The notes under the pieces are model-generated. The model saw nothing but the letters and a program-made list of their open reading frames with translations. It did no database searches and had not been told where the DNA came from. A stretch of 64,000 nucleotides of DNA. It comes from an uncultured cyanobacterium. GTDB taxonomy: Bacteria > Cyanobacteriota > Cyanobacteriia > PCC-6307 > Cyanobiaceae. Position 1 is the stretch's first letter, and each line of letters starts with the position of its first letter. The stretch covers positions 64,001-128,000 of the forward strand of contig CAVONQ010000010.1 of NCBI GenBank assembly GCA_963697335.1, in the 5' to 3' direction. The position numbers were made by a program, and so were the translations under genes. Positions 1-10,319 of the stretch are shown here, in pieces.

Positions 1-51
1 GAGGGCCCGGCGGCGCTCGAGTGCTGTTTCCCGACTGGATGTGCTGGCCAT
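1..51 (-). CDS. csoS2: Carboxysome assembly protein CsoS2, 5' end (continues beyond window)
   Basis: Manual translation from ATG at 51 gives MASTSSRETALERRRAL, matching the CsoS2 N-terminal RxxxxxRR repeat; lies directly downstream of cbbS as in cso operons. Confidence 0.85.
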   Translation of the reverse strand, partial: MASTSSRETALERRRAL

Positions 52-186
52 GTCCGCCCGACGTGTTGAGATCGCTGTGAAGAGGCCTTAGGGCCTGAAG
101 CTTCAGCCGCCGGCGCCGCCGGCGGAGAGAGGGGACGGTTGCAGCTCACACTGCAACCATCAGTGGTCTGTCAAAAGCAGCTGCAA

Positions 187-528
187 TCAGCGGCCTTCGA
201 ACACCACGAAGCAGGCACCCTGGCTCTGGATGTAGGCGTCGTAGCCGACCAGACGCACGTGGTGGTCGGGGTAGGCGCGGTGGCAGGCCTCGAGCTCGCT
301 CACGATCACGCCCAGATCCTTCTCGCCGAAGAAGGGCAGCTTCCAGAACGACCAATAGGTGACCATGGAGCGGCTGGGATGAACGTGCTCGATCAGGGGA
401 CTCCAACCCTGGGCGATGATGTAGGCGATCTGGTCGTAGATCTCGTCCTGGGTCATCGGCGGGAGGAAGCCGAAGGTCTCCAGGGTGGCGACTGTTTGGT
501 AGTCACCCACGGTGCTCTTGAAGGGCAT
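187..528 (-). CDS. cbbS: RuBisCO small subunit, form IA
   Basis: MPFKSTVGDYQTVATLETFGFLPPM...YWSFWKLPFFGE, typical alpha-cyanobacterial RbcS. Confidence 0.98.
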   Translation of the reverse strand: MPFKSTVGDYQTVATLETFGFLPPMTQDEIYDQIAYIIAQGWSPLIEHVHPSRSMVTYWSFWKLPFFGEKDLGVIVSELEACHRAYPDHHVRLVGYDAYIQSQGACFVVFEGR

Positions 529-622
529 GGGGATCCTGTGGTGGATGGAATGAATGGATGCGGTTCTGGATCACCGCGGGAGAGAAGGGATGAAACCTCC
601 CGCTCCCGCCGTCATGGGGTGA

Positions 623-2035
623 TCAGTTGACGTCGAGCTTGTCGACGGTGTCGAACTCGAACTTGATCTCCTTCCAGGTTTCGAGAGCGATGGCCAGCTC
701 GGGGCTGTGCTTGGCGGCCTCCATGAGGATGTCGCGGCTTTCCTTCTCGATTTCCCGACCGGCGTTGCGCGCCTTGACGCAGGCTTCCAGGGCCACCCGG
801 TTGGCGGCGGCGCCGGCGGCCGAACCCCAGGGGTGGCCGTGGGTGCCACCACCGAACTGGAGCACGGAGTCGTCACCGAAGATGGCTACCAGGGCTGGCA
901 TGTGCCAAACGTGGATACCGCCTGAGGCCACGGCGAACACGCCGGGCATGGAGGCCCAGTCCTGGTCGAAGAAGTTGCCGCGGCTGCGGTCTTCGGGCAC
1001 GAACGACTCGCGCAGCTGGTCGATGAAGCCGAGGGTGGTCTGGCGATCGCCCTCGAGCTTGCCCACCACGGTGCCGGTGTGGAGCTGGTCACCACCGGAG
1101 AGGCGCAGGCACTTGGCCAGCACCCGGAAGTGGATGCCGTGCTTGGGGTGCCGGTCGATCACCGCGTGCATGGCGCGGTGGATGTGGAGCAGCATGCCGT
1201 TCTTGCGGCACCAGTGCGCCAGACCGGTGTTGGCCGTGAAGCCACCGGTGATGTAGTCGTGCATGATGATCGGCTGCCCGAGTTCCTTGGCAAACTCGGC
1301 CCGCTCATACATCTGCTCAGGAGTGGCGGCGGTGCAGTTGAGGTAGTGCCCCTTCTTTTCGCCGGTTTCCTCCTGGGCGAGTTGCACGGCCTCGGCCACG
1401 AACTCGAAGCGGTTCTGCCAGCGCTGGAAGGGCTGGGAGTTGATGTTCTCGTCGTCCTTGGTGAAGTCGAGACCGCCGCGCAGGCACTCGTAGACAACGC
1501 GGCCGTAGTTCTTGCCGCTCAGGCCGAGCTTCGGCTTGATCGTGCAGCCCAACAGGGGACGGCCGTACTTGTTCATCCGGTCGCGCTCGACCTGGATGCC
1601 GTTCGGCGGGCCCATGCAGGTCTTGATGAAGGCCAGGGGGAAGCGGATGTCCTCCAGGCGCAGGTGGCGCAGGGCCTTGAAGCCGAACACGTTGCCGACC
1701 AGGGAGGTCAGCACGTTGGTGACGGACCCTTCCTCGAACAGGTCGAGGGGGTAGGCGATGAAGGCGTAGAACGCCTCCTTGTCGCCGGGCACGTCTTCGA
1801 TGCGGTAGCAACGGCCTTTGTAGAAGTCGAGGTCGGTGAGGAGCTCGGACCACACAGCTGACCAGGTGCCGGTGGAGGATTCAGCGGCCACGGCGGCGGC
1901 CACCTCTTCCTTGGGTACACCCTCCTGGCCCGTGCACTTGAAGCAGGCCAGCAGGTCGGTGTCGAGGGGGACGTAATCAGGAGTCCAATACGTGTCGCGG
2001 TACTCCTTGACGCCTGACTCGTACTTCTTGCTCAT
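623..2035 (-). CDS. cbbL: RuBisCO large subunit, form IA
   Basis: 470 aa; [10 protein letters not shown] catalytic motif, [15 protein letters not shown]. Confidence 0.99.
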   Translation of the reverse strand: MSKKYESGVKEYRDTYWTPDYVPLDTDLLACFKCTGQEGVPKEEVAAAVAAESSTGTWSAVWSELLTDLDFYKGRCYRIEDVPGDKEAFYAFIAYPLDLFEEGSVTNVLTSLVGNVFGFKALRHLRLEDIRFPLAFIKTCMGPPNGIQVERDRMNKYGRPLLGCTIKPKLGLSGKNYGRVVYECLRGGLDFTKDDENINSQPFQRWQNRFEFVAEAVQLAQEETGEKKGHYLNCTAATPEQMYERAEFAKELGQPIIMHDYITGGFTANTGLAHWCRKNGMLLHIHRAMHAVIDRHPKHGIHFRVLAKCLRLSGGDQLHTGTVVGKLEGDRQTTLGFIDQLRESFVPEDRSRGNFFDQDWASMPGVFAVASGGIHVWHMPALVAIFGDDSVLQFGGGTHGHPWGSAAGAAANRVALEACVKARNAGREIEKESRDILMEAAKHSPELAIALETWKEIKFEFDTVDKLDVN

Positions 2036-2097
2036 GGAGATTCTCCGGTTGGGTCGGTTAAGGGAATGACGAAAGAACGCCTCAGGCGTTCAGGGCC

Positions 2098-2412
2098 TCA
2101 GTCCTTGGAACCCACGAAACCGGCGCTGCCGCTCAGGGCAGGCTCCACTTCGCGGTGGGGGCGGGCGATGATGTGGGCCGCCACCAGGCCGTCGCCCACG
2201 CGTTCACAGGCGTCAGCCCCGGCGCGCACGGCTGCATTGACAGCGCCGGTCTCGCCGCGCACCATCACGGTCACGTAGCCTCCGCCGACGAATTCGCGGG
2301 CGATCAGACGCACTTCGGCGGCCTTGGTCATGGCGTCAGCCGCTTCGATGGCGGGCACCAGACCGCGGGTTTCGATCATGCCGAGGGCGATGCCCATGGT
2401 TTCGTTAGCCAT
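2098..2412 (-). CDS. csoS1: Major carboxysome shell hexamer protein CsoS1
   Basis: MANETMGIALGMIETRGLVPAIEAADAMTKAAEV BMC domain; AGGAG-like RBS upstream of ATG 2412. Confidence 0.97.
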   Translation of the reverse strand: MANETMGIALGMIETRGLVPAIEAADAMTKAAEVRLIAREFVGGGYVTVMVRGETGAVNAAVRAGADACERVGDGLVAAHIIARPHREVEPALSGSAGFVGSKD

Positions 2413-2451
2413 TACCTGCTCCTGAAGGAGGGGGTGGAATGTTCGCTCGCA

Positions 2452-2481
2452 ACCATGGTCCGCCGCCAAACCCCCCGTCAA
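2452..2481 (-). promoter_or_regulatory. Putative sigma70-type promoter of the cso operon
   Basis: TTGACG (2481-2476), 18-bp spacer, CATGGT (2457-2452) on minus strand, about 40 nt upstream of csoS1. Confidence 0.4.
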
Positions 2482-2878
2482 GCAAAAGGGCCTGGTTGGG
2501 TGATCACTCTTTGCGTCATCACTCATAAGCGACCCTGATTGATCGCATACATTTCGTTAGCTTCTGCTTGCCACCCCTGTGACGGCCTGCTGTTTCGGGC
2601 TTCCGTCCCACCCTGTTCCAGCTCCTCAAGCGAGTCTGGGGCCCGACCTGGCCACTCCTGGGCCACCACCAAAACCCAGAACATTCAGTACTTATGCCTA
2701 GCGTGATCAGGGACCGGAATCCTTCTGGGTTTACCAGGGGTGGAATGTTCAAGCCATCCGGTCCCACCCCCTTCCCCTCCGCCTGGTGCCATCGCTTCAC
2801 GACCGTCCCAACCGCCGCTATTCAGGCCGTCTGGCTCCAGGCCTCCTGCCACACTGGCCTCCCTGGAGTGAACGCTTC

Positions 2879-3457
2879 TTGCCCTCCCTGGTCATTGCCA
2901 GTGGCAACCCGCACAAGCTGGCGGAGATCACTGCCATGCTTGAACCCCTGGACGTTCAGGTGTCACCCCAGCCACGCGATCTGGAGGTGGAGGAAACAGG
3001 CCACACCTATGCCGAGAACGCCCGCTTGAAGGCCGAGGCTGCGGCGCTCCGCACGGGCTCCTGGGCCCTGGCTGACGACTCTGGCATCGAGGTGGCTGCC
3101 CTGGCCGGCGCTCCTGGTCTCTATTCCGCCCGCTACGGCCCCAGCGACCACGAGCGGGTGGCGCGCCTGCTGAGGGAGCTCGGCGACACCCCCTACCGGG
3201 CGGCGTGCTTCCGCACGGCCATGGCCCTGGCCAACCCCGCCGGTGAGACCGTGCTGGAGGCCGAGGGCGTCTGCCATGGCCAGGTGCTGACCGCTGCCGA
3301 GGGTGAGGGGCCGGGCTACGGGCCGATCTTCTACGTGCGGGAGGCCGGCAGCAGCTATGCCCAGATGGGGGAGCACCTGCGCCGGCGCCTGGGCAGCCGC
3401 GGCAAGGCGGCACGCCAGCTGGCCCCGGGGCTGATCGCCCTGATGGGTCTGGCCTGA
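2879..3457 (+). CDS. rdgB: Non-canonical purine NTP pyrophosphatase (RdgB/HAM1 family)
   Basis: LVIASGNPHK, EETGHTYAENARLKA, ALADDSGIEV, APGLYSAR; start uncertain (TTG 2879, ORF open from 2786). Confidence 0.9.
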   Translation: MPSLVIASGNPHKLAEITAMLEPLDVQVSPQPRDLEVEETGHTYAENARLKAEAAALRTGSWALADDSGIEVAALAGAPGLYSARYGPSDHERVARLLRELGDTPYRAACFRTAMALANPAGETVLEAEGVCHGQVLTAAEGEGPGYGPIFYVREAGSSYAQMGEHLRRRLGSRGKAARQLAPGLIALMGLA

Positions 3458-3468
3458 GGGGGGGAGAT

Positions 3469-4308
3469 TCAGCCCCGGGGGCGGGCCAAACCTTGGGCGG
3501 TGGTGTTGATGTGGTGGATGGCACGCATGGCGGCCGCCGCCGCCTCCTCCACGTCTCCCTCGCGGCCGGCCAGGGTCAGGCGCCCGAAGGCACCCACCGC
3601 CTTCACATCCACCACCGTGATGTTGGAGGCCTTCTCGGCCTCATTGGCAGCGATCAGCACATAGCCGGCCGGCTCCGTTTCCAGGATGAACATGCTCATG
3701 CCGGCCTGGATCATCGAGCCCCGCCGGTTCTGGCGGTTGATCAGAACGGCATGGTCTGGGGTGATGGCGCGGATGATCTCCGTCCAGCTCACCTCGCAGC
3801 GGCTGCGCTGCTCCACGGTGTTGCCGATCGCCTCCAGCACCACATCGCCGGAGTGGAGCACATTGCTCTGGTCGCGGTGGTAGAGCGCCAGGGAGCCGAA
3901 GGCCCGCTCCACGATCATCTGGCCGAGCCGCACGGTGCTGGCCTTCAGGGCGATGTCGGTGACGCGGTGCACGGCCATGCCCGGTGACACCTCCAGCCAG
4001 AGGCAGGCGTCGCCTGGGATCGGCAGGAAGCCCTGGCTCACGGTGCCCATATAGGCCGCCAGTTGGGGCTGTAGGGAGTCGAGGAAGACGTAGGTGCGCA
4101 GCTCGATCGACTGCACCTGGCTGTCCAGCCGGGCCAGCCGCGAGCCCTCACTGTCCGTGGTGATCACGCAGCTGGCGCCGTCGGACTCCGGGCGCACCAC
4201 GGTGCCGGTGATCAGGGGGCCGGCGCCCTCACTCCTGGCCGGGGCCTGGCGCAGGGAGCGGCGCTGCCTGGAGGCCCGATCATCTGGAGTGCGCGGGCTC
4301 GGGGGCAT
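3469..4308 (-). CDS. csoS1D: Tandem-BMC-domain carboxysome shell protein CsoS1D
   Basis: [19 protein letters not shown]...[10 protein letters not shown]; usual position next to HAM1/csoS1; start uncertain (4308 or 4356). Confidence 0.9.
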   Translation of the reverse strand: MPPSPRTPDDRASRQRRSLRQAPARSEGAGPLITGTVVRPESDGASCVITTDSEGSRLARLDSQVQSIELRTYVFLDSLQPQLAAYMGTVSQGFLPIPGDACLWLEVSPGMAVHRVTDIALKASTVRLGQMIVERAFGSLALYHRDQSNVLHSGDVVLEAIGNTVEQRSRCEVSWTEIIRAITPDHAVLINRQNRRGSMIQAGMSMFILETEPAGYVLIAANEAEKASNITVVDVKAVGAFGRLTLAGREGDVEEAAAAAMRAIHHINTTAQGLARPRG

Positions 4309-4530
4309 GGGGCGGCGGAGAACCTCGGTCGGCGGGGCAGCAGGCGAGTGCGTCAACCGCTCTCAGTCCGCCAGACGGCCTGGGAGCAGGGGTGACCATG
4401 GCCCAGGGAACCGTTCGGCTCGAGCGCTCTCCCGAGAAGTCCTGGTGTTGAGGGACTTTACCTGCCGCTGAGGCACCCCTTGCCCCCCGCCGGGAAGCCG
4501 ATACCGTCCCCACAAGCTGAACCATCCCCC

Positions 4531-4995
4531 ATGGCCCCCAAGCGCAGCGCCGCCAGTTCCGCCACCTCCAGGGCAGCCCAGGCCGATCCGATGCCCGACG
4601 CCACCGCTGGCAGCACCATGCCCGACTGGATCGCCGCCGCCTCGGCCCAGGGGGTCAAGCCGGAGCAGGCCCTCGCACTGATCGGCCTCGGGTTGATGCA
4701 GAAGATGGCCGCCGCCGGTGAGGAGATCGGCTGGGCCTGGAATGAGCCCGAGGATGGCGGCACCGCGGACCTGATCAGCCTGCGCCAGCGTCTGGAGATG
4801 GTGAACCTGGCCCTGCAGACCGGGGCTCCGCTCAGCACGGCCGAGGTGAGCGCCCTGCTGGGCGCCCGCCCCGGCTCAGCCGTGGTGGAACGTGGTGGTC
4901 TGCGGGCCCGCCGGTTGAGCCGCAACGTCTGGAAGTTGAGCCGGCTGGAGTCGACCTCCGCCAGCTTCAACGACGGTTTCCGCCGGCGCCTCTGA
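4531..4995 (+). CDS. Conserved picocyanobacterial hypothetical protein
   Basis: Coding-like ORF filling the gap; EQALALIGLGLMQKM and PLSTAEVSALLGARP (possible HTH). Confidence 0.7.
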   Translation: MAPKRSAASSATSRAAQADPMPDATAGSTMPDWIAAASAQGVKPEQALALIGLGLMQKMAAAGEEIGWAWNEPEDGGTADLISLRQRLEMVNLALQTGAPLSTAEVSALLGARPGSAVVERGGLRARRLSRNVWKLSRLESTSASFNDGFRRRL

Positions 4996-5003
4996 AGGCG
5001 CCC

Positions 5004-6068
<1,065 letters not shown>

Positions 6069-6080
6069 CTAAGGAGCGGC

Positions 6081-6569
6081 TCAGGGTTTGCTCGGCCCGG
6101 ATCCGGCCTGCTCAACAGAAGGAAATGGGGCCTGCTTCCACACCACCCGCAGGCGATCCGGGGCGATCCACTGGCTCTGTTCGCGCAGCAGGCGCTGCTC
6201 CCCTTCGGTGGTGAACAGCTGGTCAAAACGCTCGCGCGCCTTGGTCAGCTTGGCCTGCTCGATCTGCAGGACGGCCGAAAGCTCCCCCTGGCGCTCCATG
6301 CGGTCCTGGTAGGCCATCGCCAGCCGCACCAGACTCACCCCGGCCACGATCGCCAGGGCCGCCTTGATGGTGAGCCCCACGACACTGCAGACCAGTTCCC
6401 GCCGCTCCAGCGACAGAGTGCTGGCCGCCGACAGGGCCAGGGCCGAACCGGCCGGCGCCTGCGGGGGAGAGACAGACTGCAGCGGGCGGGCAAAAGACTG
6501 CTGTGGACGAGCAGTGCTGACGGACCCGCACAGTCGTGAAGCTGAAGCGGGCTGCAGCGGGGGTGCCAA
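6081..6569 (-). CDS. Membrane-anchored coiled-coil protein, FtsB/DivIC-like (putative cell division)
   Basis: One TM segment, coiled coil, then EQRLLREQSQWIAPDRLRVVW tail; start uncertain. Confidence 0.55.
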   Translation of the reverse strand: MAPPLQPASASRLCGSVSTARPQQSFARPLQSVSPPQAPAGSALALSAASTLSLERRELVCSVVGLTIKAALAIVAGVSLVRLAMAYQDRMERQGELSAVLQIEQAKLTKARERFDQLFTTEGEQRLLREQSQWIAPDRLRVVWKQAPFPSVEQAGSGPSKP

Positions 6570-6633
6570 CGCAGGAAGTTCAGGGGATGCTGATGTCTTC
6601 TAGCGGGCCCAGGCCCCCTTGCCAAGAGCCGCT

Positions 6634-6738
6634 TCAGGCCTTGTAGAGGCTGAAGCAGAGCCGCACAGCCAGAACTCCGGCGTGGGCAGCCACCACCAGG
6701 GCAATCAGAATCTCGGCCTGACTCAGTGCGGAGACCAT
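6634..6738 (-). CDS. psaM: Photosystem I subunit XII (PsaM), absent from the ORF track
   Basis: Manual translation MVSALSQAEILIALVVAAHAGVLAVRLCFSLYKA (34 aa), PsaM-like. Confidence 0.92.
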   Translation of the reverse strand: MVSALSQAEILIALVVAAHAGVLAVRLCFSLYKA

Positions 6739-6826
6739 GGCAGTAGGGGCAAATCGATGACCCCACCATTGTTTGGCCTGACCCCGCTACGGTCCAGCCG
6801 CGGCCGCCTTGCTGTCACAGCTCTTG

Positions 6827-7366
6827 ATGCCCCCCTCCCCCCCGGTTGTCCCTTCCCAGCCAGGCCCTGCCCTGGTGGATGCCGAGGCCATCCGGGCCCT
6901 GGACCTGAGCCCCCTGAGCGCCTGGATCGCCCTGCCGCCGGATCAGCTGGTGCGGCTGGGCGGAACCCTCAGCCTCAGCCTCGAGTGGCCCCGCCAGGCT
7001 GACGACCCTCGGGAACTCTCCGAAATCCCGGAGGTGCGGCTCTGGTGCTTGCGGGCCGATGCGGCTCTGCCCTGGCTGCCCCTGTTGATCGAGCGCAGCA
7101 GCGGCCAGCTCACCCGCCATGTGGCCATGCTGCTGCCCCACGGCTTCAGCCGGACGGAGGGCCTGCGCTTTGCCCCCGAGGCGCTGGAGCTCTGGCTGCC
7201 CCACCGGCTGTTTCTGCTCGACACCTGGGCCCGGGGCCACGGCCTCAACTGCCGCCATGGCCTCGGTCAGATGGCGGCGGTGCTCGGCCTGGAGGTGGAC
7301 CCGGCCTTCTGGGAGCCGCTGCCCCTGGCTCCGGCCGGCGCCAAGGGACCCGCTGGCGGCCCGTAG
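6827..7366 (+). CDS. crr6: CRR6 family NdhI maturation factor
   Basis: WPRQADDPRELSEIPEVRLWCLRADAALPWLP, AMLLPHGFS. Confidence 0.85.
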   Translation: MPPSPPVVPSQPGPALVDAEAIRALDLSPLSAWIALPPDQLVRLGGTLSLSLEWPRQADDPRELSEIPEVRLWCLRADAALPWLPLLIERSSGQLTRHVAMLLPHGFSRTEGLRFAPEALELWLPHRLFLLDTWARGHGLNCRHGLGQMAAVLGLEVDPAFWEPLPLAPAGAKGPAGGP

Positions 7367-7387
7367 CCCCCCCTCAGCTCTGCGGCC

Positions 7388-8155
7388 CTATCCACCGAGG
7401 GCCAGGGCCCTGCGGGTGCTGTCGGCGGCCAGCAGCAGCGTCAGCCCCCGCAACAGCACCACGAGAAGTCGTTCGGGTAAGCGCTCCATCCGGGCCGCCG
7501 ACCACTGCGCCGCCAGCGCCGCAGGTCCCCCCAGGGCCAGGCCGATCGTCCAGAGACCGCGGCCATCGGCCACGAAGGTGGCGCTCGCTGTGGCCGCTGA
7601 GGCCAGCACCGCCAGGGTGCTGTAGCGGATGGCGAGATGCAGCGGCACCCCCAGCCCCTGGCCGAGCAGGGGCACCATCAACAGCCCCCCGCCCACGCCG
7701 AGCAGGCCGCTGGCCAGGCCGGCCACCGCCCCTACGGCCCCCAAGGCCCCCAGGGGTGTCTGCCCCGGCTGCGCCGCTGCGGACTGGGCCGTGCGGGGCC
7801 GGATCAGCAGGGCCAGCCCCAGGTAGAGGGCGGCCTGGAGAGCCAGCAACAGCGAGCTTTGCAGCCCCATACCCAGGCGGCTGCAGAGGGCGGCACCGAG
7901 GCTGGCGCCCAGAGCGATGGCCATGCCGCTGCGCAGGGGCAGGGCGCGGCTGCGCAAGTGCGTCCAGGTGCCGCCGAGGGTGGTGGGCACGATCGCCAGG
8001 GTGCTGGTGGCCAGGGCCTGGTGGGGCTCCAGGCCGAGCAACAGCAACAGCGGTGAGAACACCAGACCGCCGCCCACGCCCAGCAGGCCCGACAGCACCC
8101 CGGCGAGCAGGCCCAGGGGCAGGAAGACCAGCAGCTCGGTCGGTTGGGGGATCAA
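7388..8155 (-). CDS. Sulfite exporter TauE/SafE family membrane protein
   Basis: Two GLLGVGGG repeats, multi-TM; TTG start at 8155 inferred. Confidence 0.85.
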   Translation of the reverse strand: MIPQPTELLVFLPLGLLAGVLSGLLGVGGGLVFSPLLLLLGLEPHQALATSTLAIVPTTLGGTWTHLRSRALPLRSGMAIALGASLGAALCSRLGMGLQSSLLLALQAALYLGLALLIRPRTAQSAAAQPGQTPLGALGAVGAVAGLASGLLGVGGGLLMVPLLGQGLGVPLHLAIRYSTLAVLASAATASATFVADGRGLWTIGLALGGPAALAAQWSAARMERLPERLLVVLLRGLTLLLAADSTRRALALGG

Positions 8156-8164
8156 TCTGGAGGG

Positions 8165-8965
8165 ATGCGGTCCAAGCCACCAGCATTCTCCAGTTCCGCG
8201 GGGACCAGCTCCGAGCAGGCCCGTTTCGAGCAGGCCAGGCGTGGGCGCTGGTTGCCCGCCAGCCGCCTCGGGGGCTCCTGGCAGATGGCCATCGATGCCT
8301 GGCTGTTCACCCAGGAGCGTCCCGCCTTCCGCCTCTACCGCTGGCTGCGCCCCACCCTCTCCCTGGGCCATCACCAGCGCCGCTGGCCTGAGCACTGGCT
8401 GGAGCTGGCTGCTGCGGGCCGGATCGATCTGGTGCGTCGCCCCAGCGGCGGCCGGGCCGTGCTCCATGGCGGCGACCTCAGCTACGCGCTGGTCTGGCCC
8501 ACGCCCCCCCCGAGCAAAGTGGAGGCCTACGCCCAGGCCAGCCGCTGGCTGCGGCTGGCCTTCGAGCAGCTCGGCCAGCCCCTGCGGCCTGGTGGTGATC
8601 AGCCCTCGCTGCGGTCGGCCAACTGCTTCGAGTTGGCCACGGCCGCGGATCTGGTCCACGCCGATGGCAGCAAGCGGATTGGCAGCGCCCAGCTCTGGCG
8701 GGGTGGCCGGCTGCTCCAGCACGGCTCGATCCAGATGGCGCCTTCGGCCAGCCTCTGGCAGGAGCTGTTCGGCACGGCAGCCCCGCGCCTGAAGCCGCTT
8801 CCCTGCGCAGGCCAGGAGCTCGAAGCGGTGCTCCAGGAGGCGGCTCGGCAGCAGCTGCCCTTTTCGCTGCCGGCCCTCAGTCCGGAGCCGTTGCGAGCCC
8901 TGGAGCTGGCCGCAGTGGCTGAGTTGCTGGAGCTGGGCGATCCCTCAGGTGCCGGCATTGGCTGA
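8165..8965 (+). CDS. Lipoate-protein ligase / octanoyltransferase family protein
   Basis: WQMAIDAWL, LVRRPSGGRAVLH, KRIGSAQ, LLQHGSI. Confidence 0.88.
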   Translation: MRSKPPAFSSSAGTSSEQARFEQARRGRWLPASRLGGSWQMAIDAWLFTQERPAFRLYRWLRPTLSLGHHQRRWPEHWLELAAAGRIDLVRRPSGGRAVLHGGDLSYALVWPTPPPSKVEAYAQASRWLRLAFEQLGQPLRPGGDQPSLRSANCFELATAADLVHADGSKRIGSAQLWRGGRLLQHGSIQMAPSASLWQELFGTAAPRLKPLPCAGQELEAVLQEAARQQLPFSLPALSPEPLRALELAAVAELLELGDPSGAGIG

Positions 8966-10201
8966 GGGCTGGGCCTCCCCCGAGGCGACCATGCTGCGCA
9001 CCACCTGGGGCAGGGCCAGGCCGAGGGGGTAGATGTTCTGACGCCGGGCCGCTTCCAGCAGAGGTGCAGGCAGCTTCAGACCCAGTTTCTGCAGCACAGC
9101 CTCACCCAGATCGGGTCGTTCCAGGGTGCCGCAGGGTAGCCCTGCAGGGCTGAGAACCAGCAATCGGGTGGCCTGGTCGGCTTCGAGCAGTTGCACCGCC
9201 TGCCAGAGCGGCGCCGTTTCGGCGATCGAGGGCAGGCTGGAGAGGGGCTGGAGATGGTCGGCGATGCGGTCGCTGTCCCAGCGCTGCACGGGGATCTCCT
9301 TGAGGGTGGCGTCGTCGATCACGCCCTGCCAGCGGCCCCGCTCACACACCAGCAGCCAGTCGGGGATACCCACCGGGCTGGGCTCGCTGAGCCGGACGCG
9401 GCTCACCTCCCGCAGGGTTGCATGGGCTTCCAGCACCCGGAAACGGCGGCCCGCGGCCTCCTTCACCTGCAGGGTGCTGAGGGCGCTCTGCAGGGTCAGC
9501 AGCTGCTGCTGGTTGCGCACGGCGCCGAGTCCGAACCAGCCCAGCAGGATCAGCCAGGCCCCACTGATGCCACCGCCCCGCAGCAGCAGGACCGTGCCCA
9601 GGGCCATGGCCCCGAAGGCCAGAAAGCGGCCACAGGCATTGGCCACCTCCACGCCGCGCCGCTGGCTGCCGCTGGCCTGCCACACGAGCGCCTTGACGAT
9701 CAGGCCGCCGTCCAGCGGCAGACCCGGCAGCAGGTTGAACAGCGCCAGCACCATGTTGAGGGTGCCGAGCTCGGACACCATTGCCCCCAGCCAGGGGGCC
9801 AGGTGGCTGGCGGCATGGGTGGAGGCCAGCAGCGCCCCTCCCAGCACCAGGCTCACAGCAGGGCCGGCCGCCGCCACCTTCAGGGCGCCGATGGCGGTGC
9901 TGCACTCGCGCTCCACACTGGCCACCCCACCCAGCAGGAACAGGGTGATGCTGCGCACCTTCACCCCTTCGCCCAGGGCCACGAAGGAGTGGCCGAGCTC
10001 ATGCAGCAGCACGGAGACGAACAGCAGCAGGGCCGTGCCCAGGCCCAGACCCCAGAGGCCGGCGGCTCCCACGGTGGTACCGAGGCCAACGCTGTACTGC
10101 TGTTGGAAGGCAGCGGTGGCCACCAGCAGGATCACAAACCAGCTCGGGTGGATCCGCAGCGGGATGCCGCGGATGCTCATCAGCTGCCAACCCTCACCCA
10201 C
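8945..10201 (-). CDS. Site-2 protease (M50) with degenerate CBS domains
   Basis: HELGH and FNLLPGLPLDGG motifs; start GTG 10201 (or 10210). Confidence 0.92.
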   Translation of the reverse strand: MGEGWQLMSIRGIPLRIHPSWFVILLVATAAFQQQYSVGLGTTVGAAGLWGLGLGTALLLFVSVLLHELGHSFVALGEGVKVRSITLFLLGGVASVERECSTAIGALKVAAAGPAVSLVLGGALLASTHAASHLAPWLGAMVSELGTLNMVLALFNLLPGLPLDGGLIVKALVWQASGSQRRGVEVANACGRFLAFGAMALGTVLLLRGGGISGAWLILLGWFGLGAVRNQQQLLTLQSALSTLQVKEAAGRRFRVLEAHATLREVSRVRLSEPSPVGIPDWLLVCERGRWQGVIDDATLKEIPVQRWDSDRIADHLQPLSSLPSIAETAPLWQAVQLLEADQATRLLVLSPAGLPCGTLERPDLGEAVLQKLGLKLPAPLLEAARRQNIYPLGLALPQVVRSMVASGEAQPSANAGT

Positions 10202-10237
10202 AGGTTTCACTCACAGGTTTCACTCATCGGTTTCACC
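10199..10237. repeat. 13-bp tandem repeat, three copies
   Basis: CACAGGTTTCACT CACAGGTTTCACT CATCGGTTTCACC. Confidence 0.9.
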
Positions 10238-10319
10238 AACAGCTCTACTTTCCGATACCGGTGGCGCTCCGGCGGTTGTCAACCCCGATCCTAGAAAGCT
10301 GTTCTCCTCCCCGCTGCCG

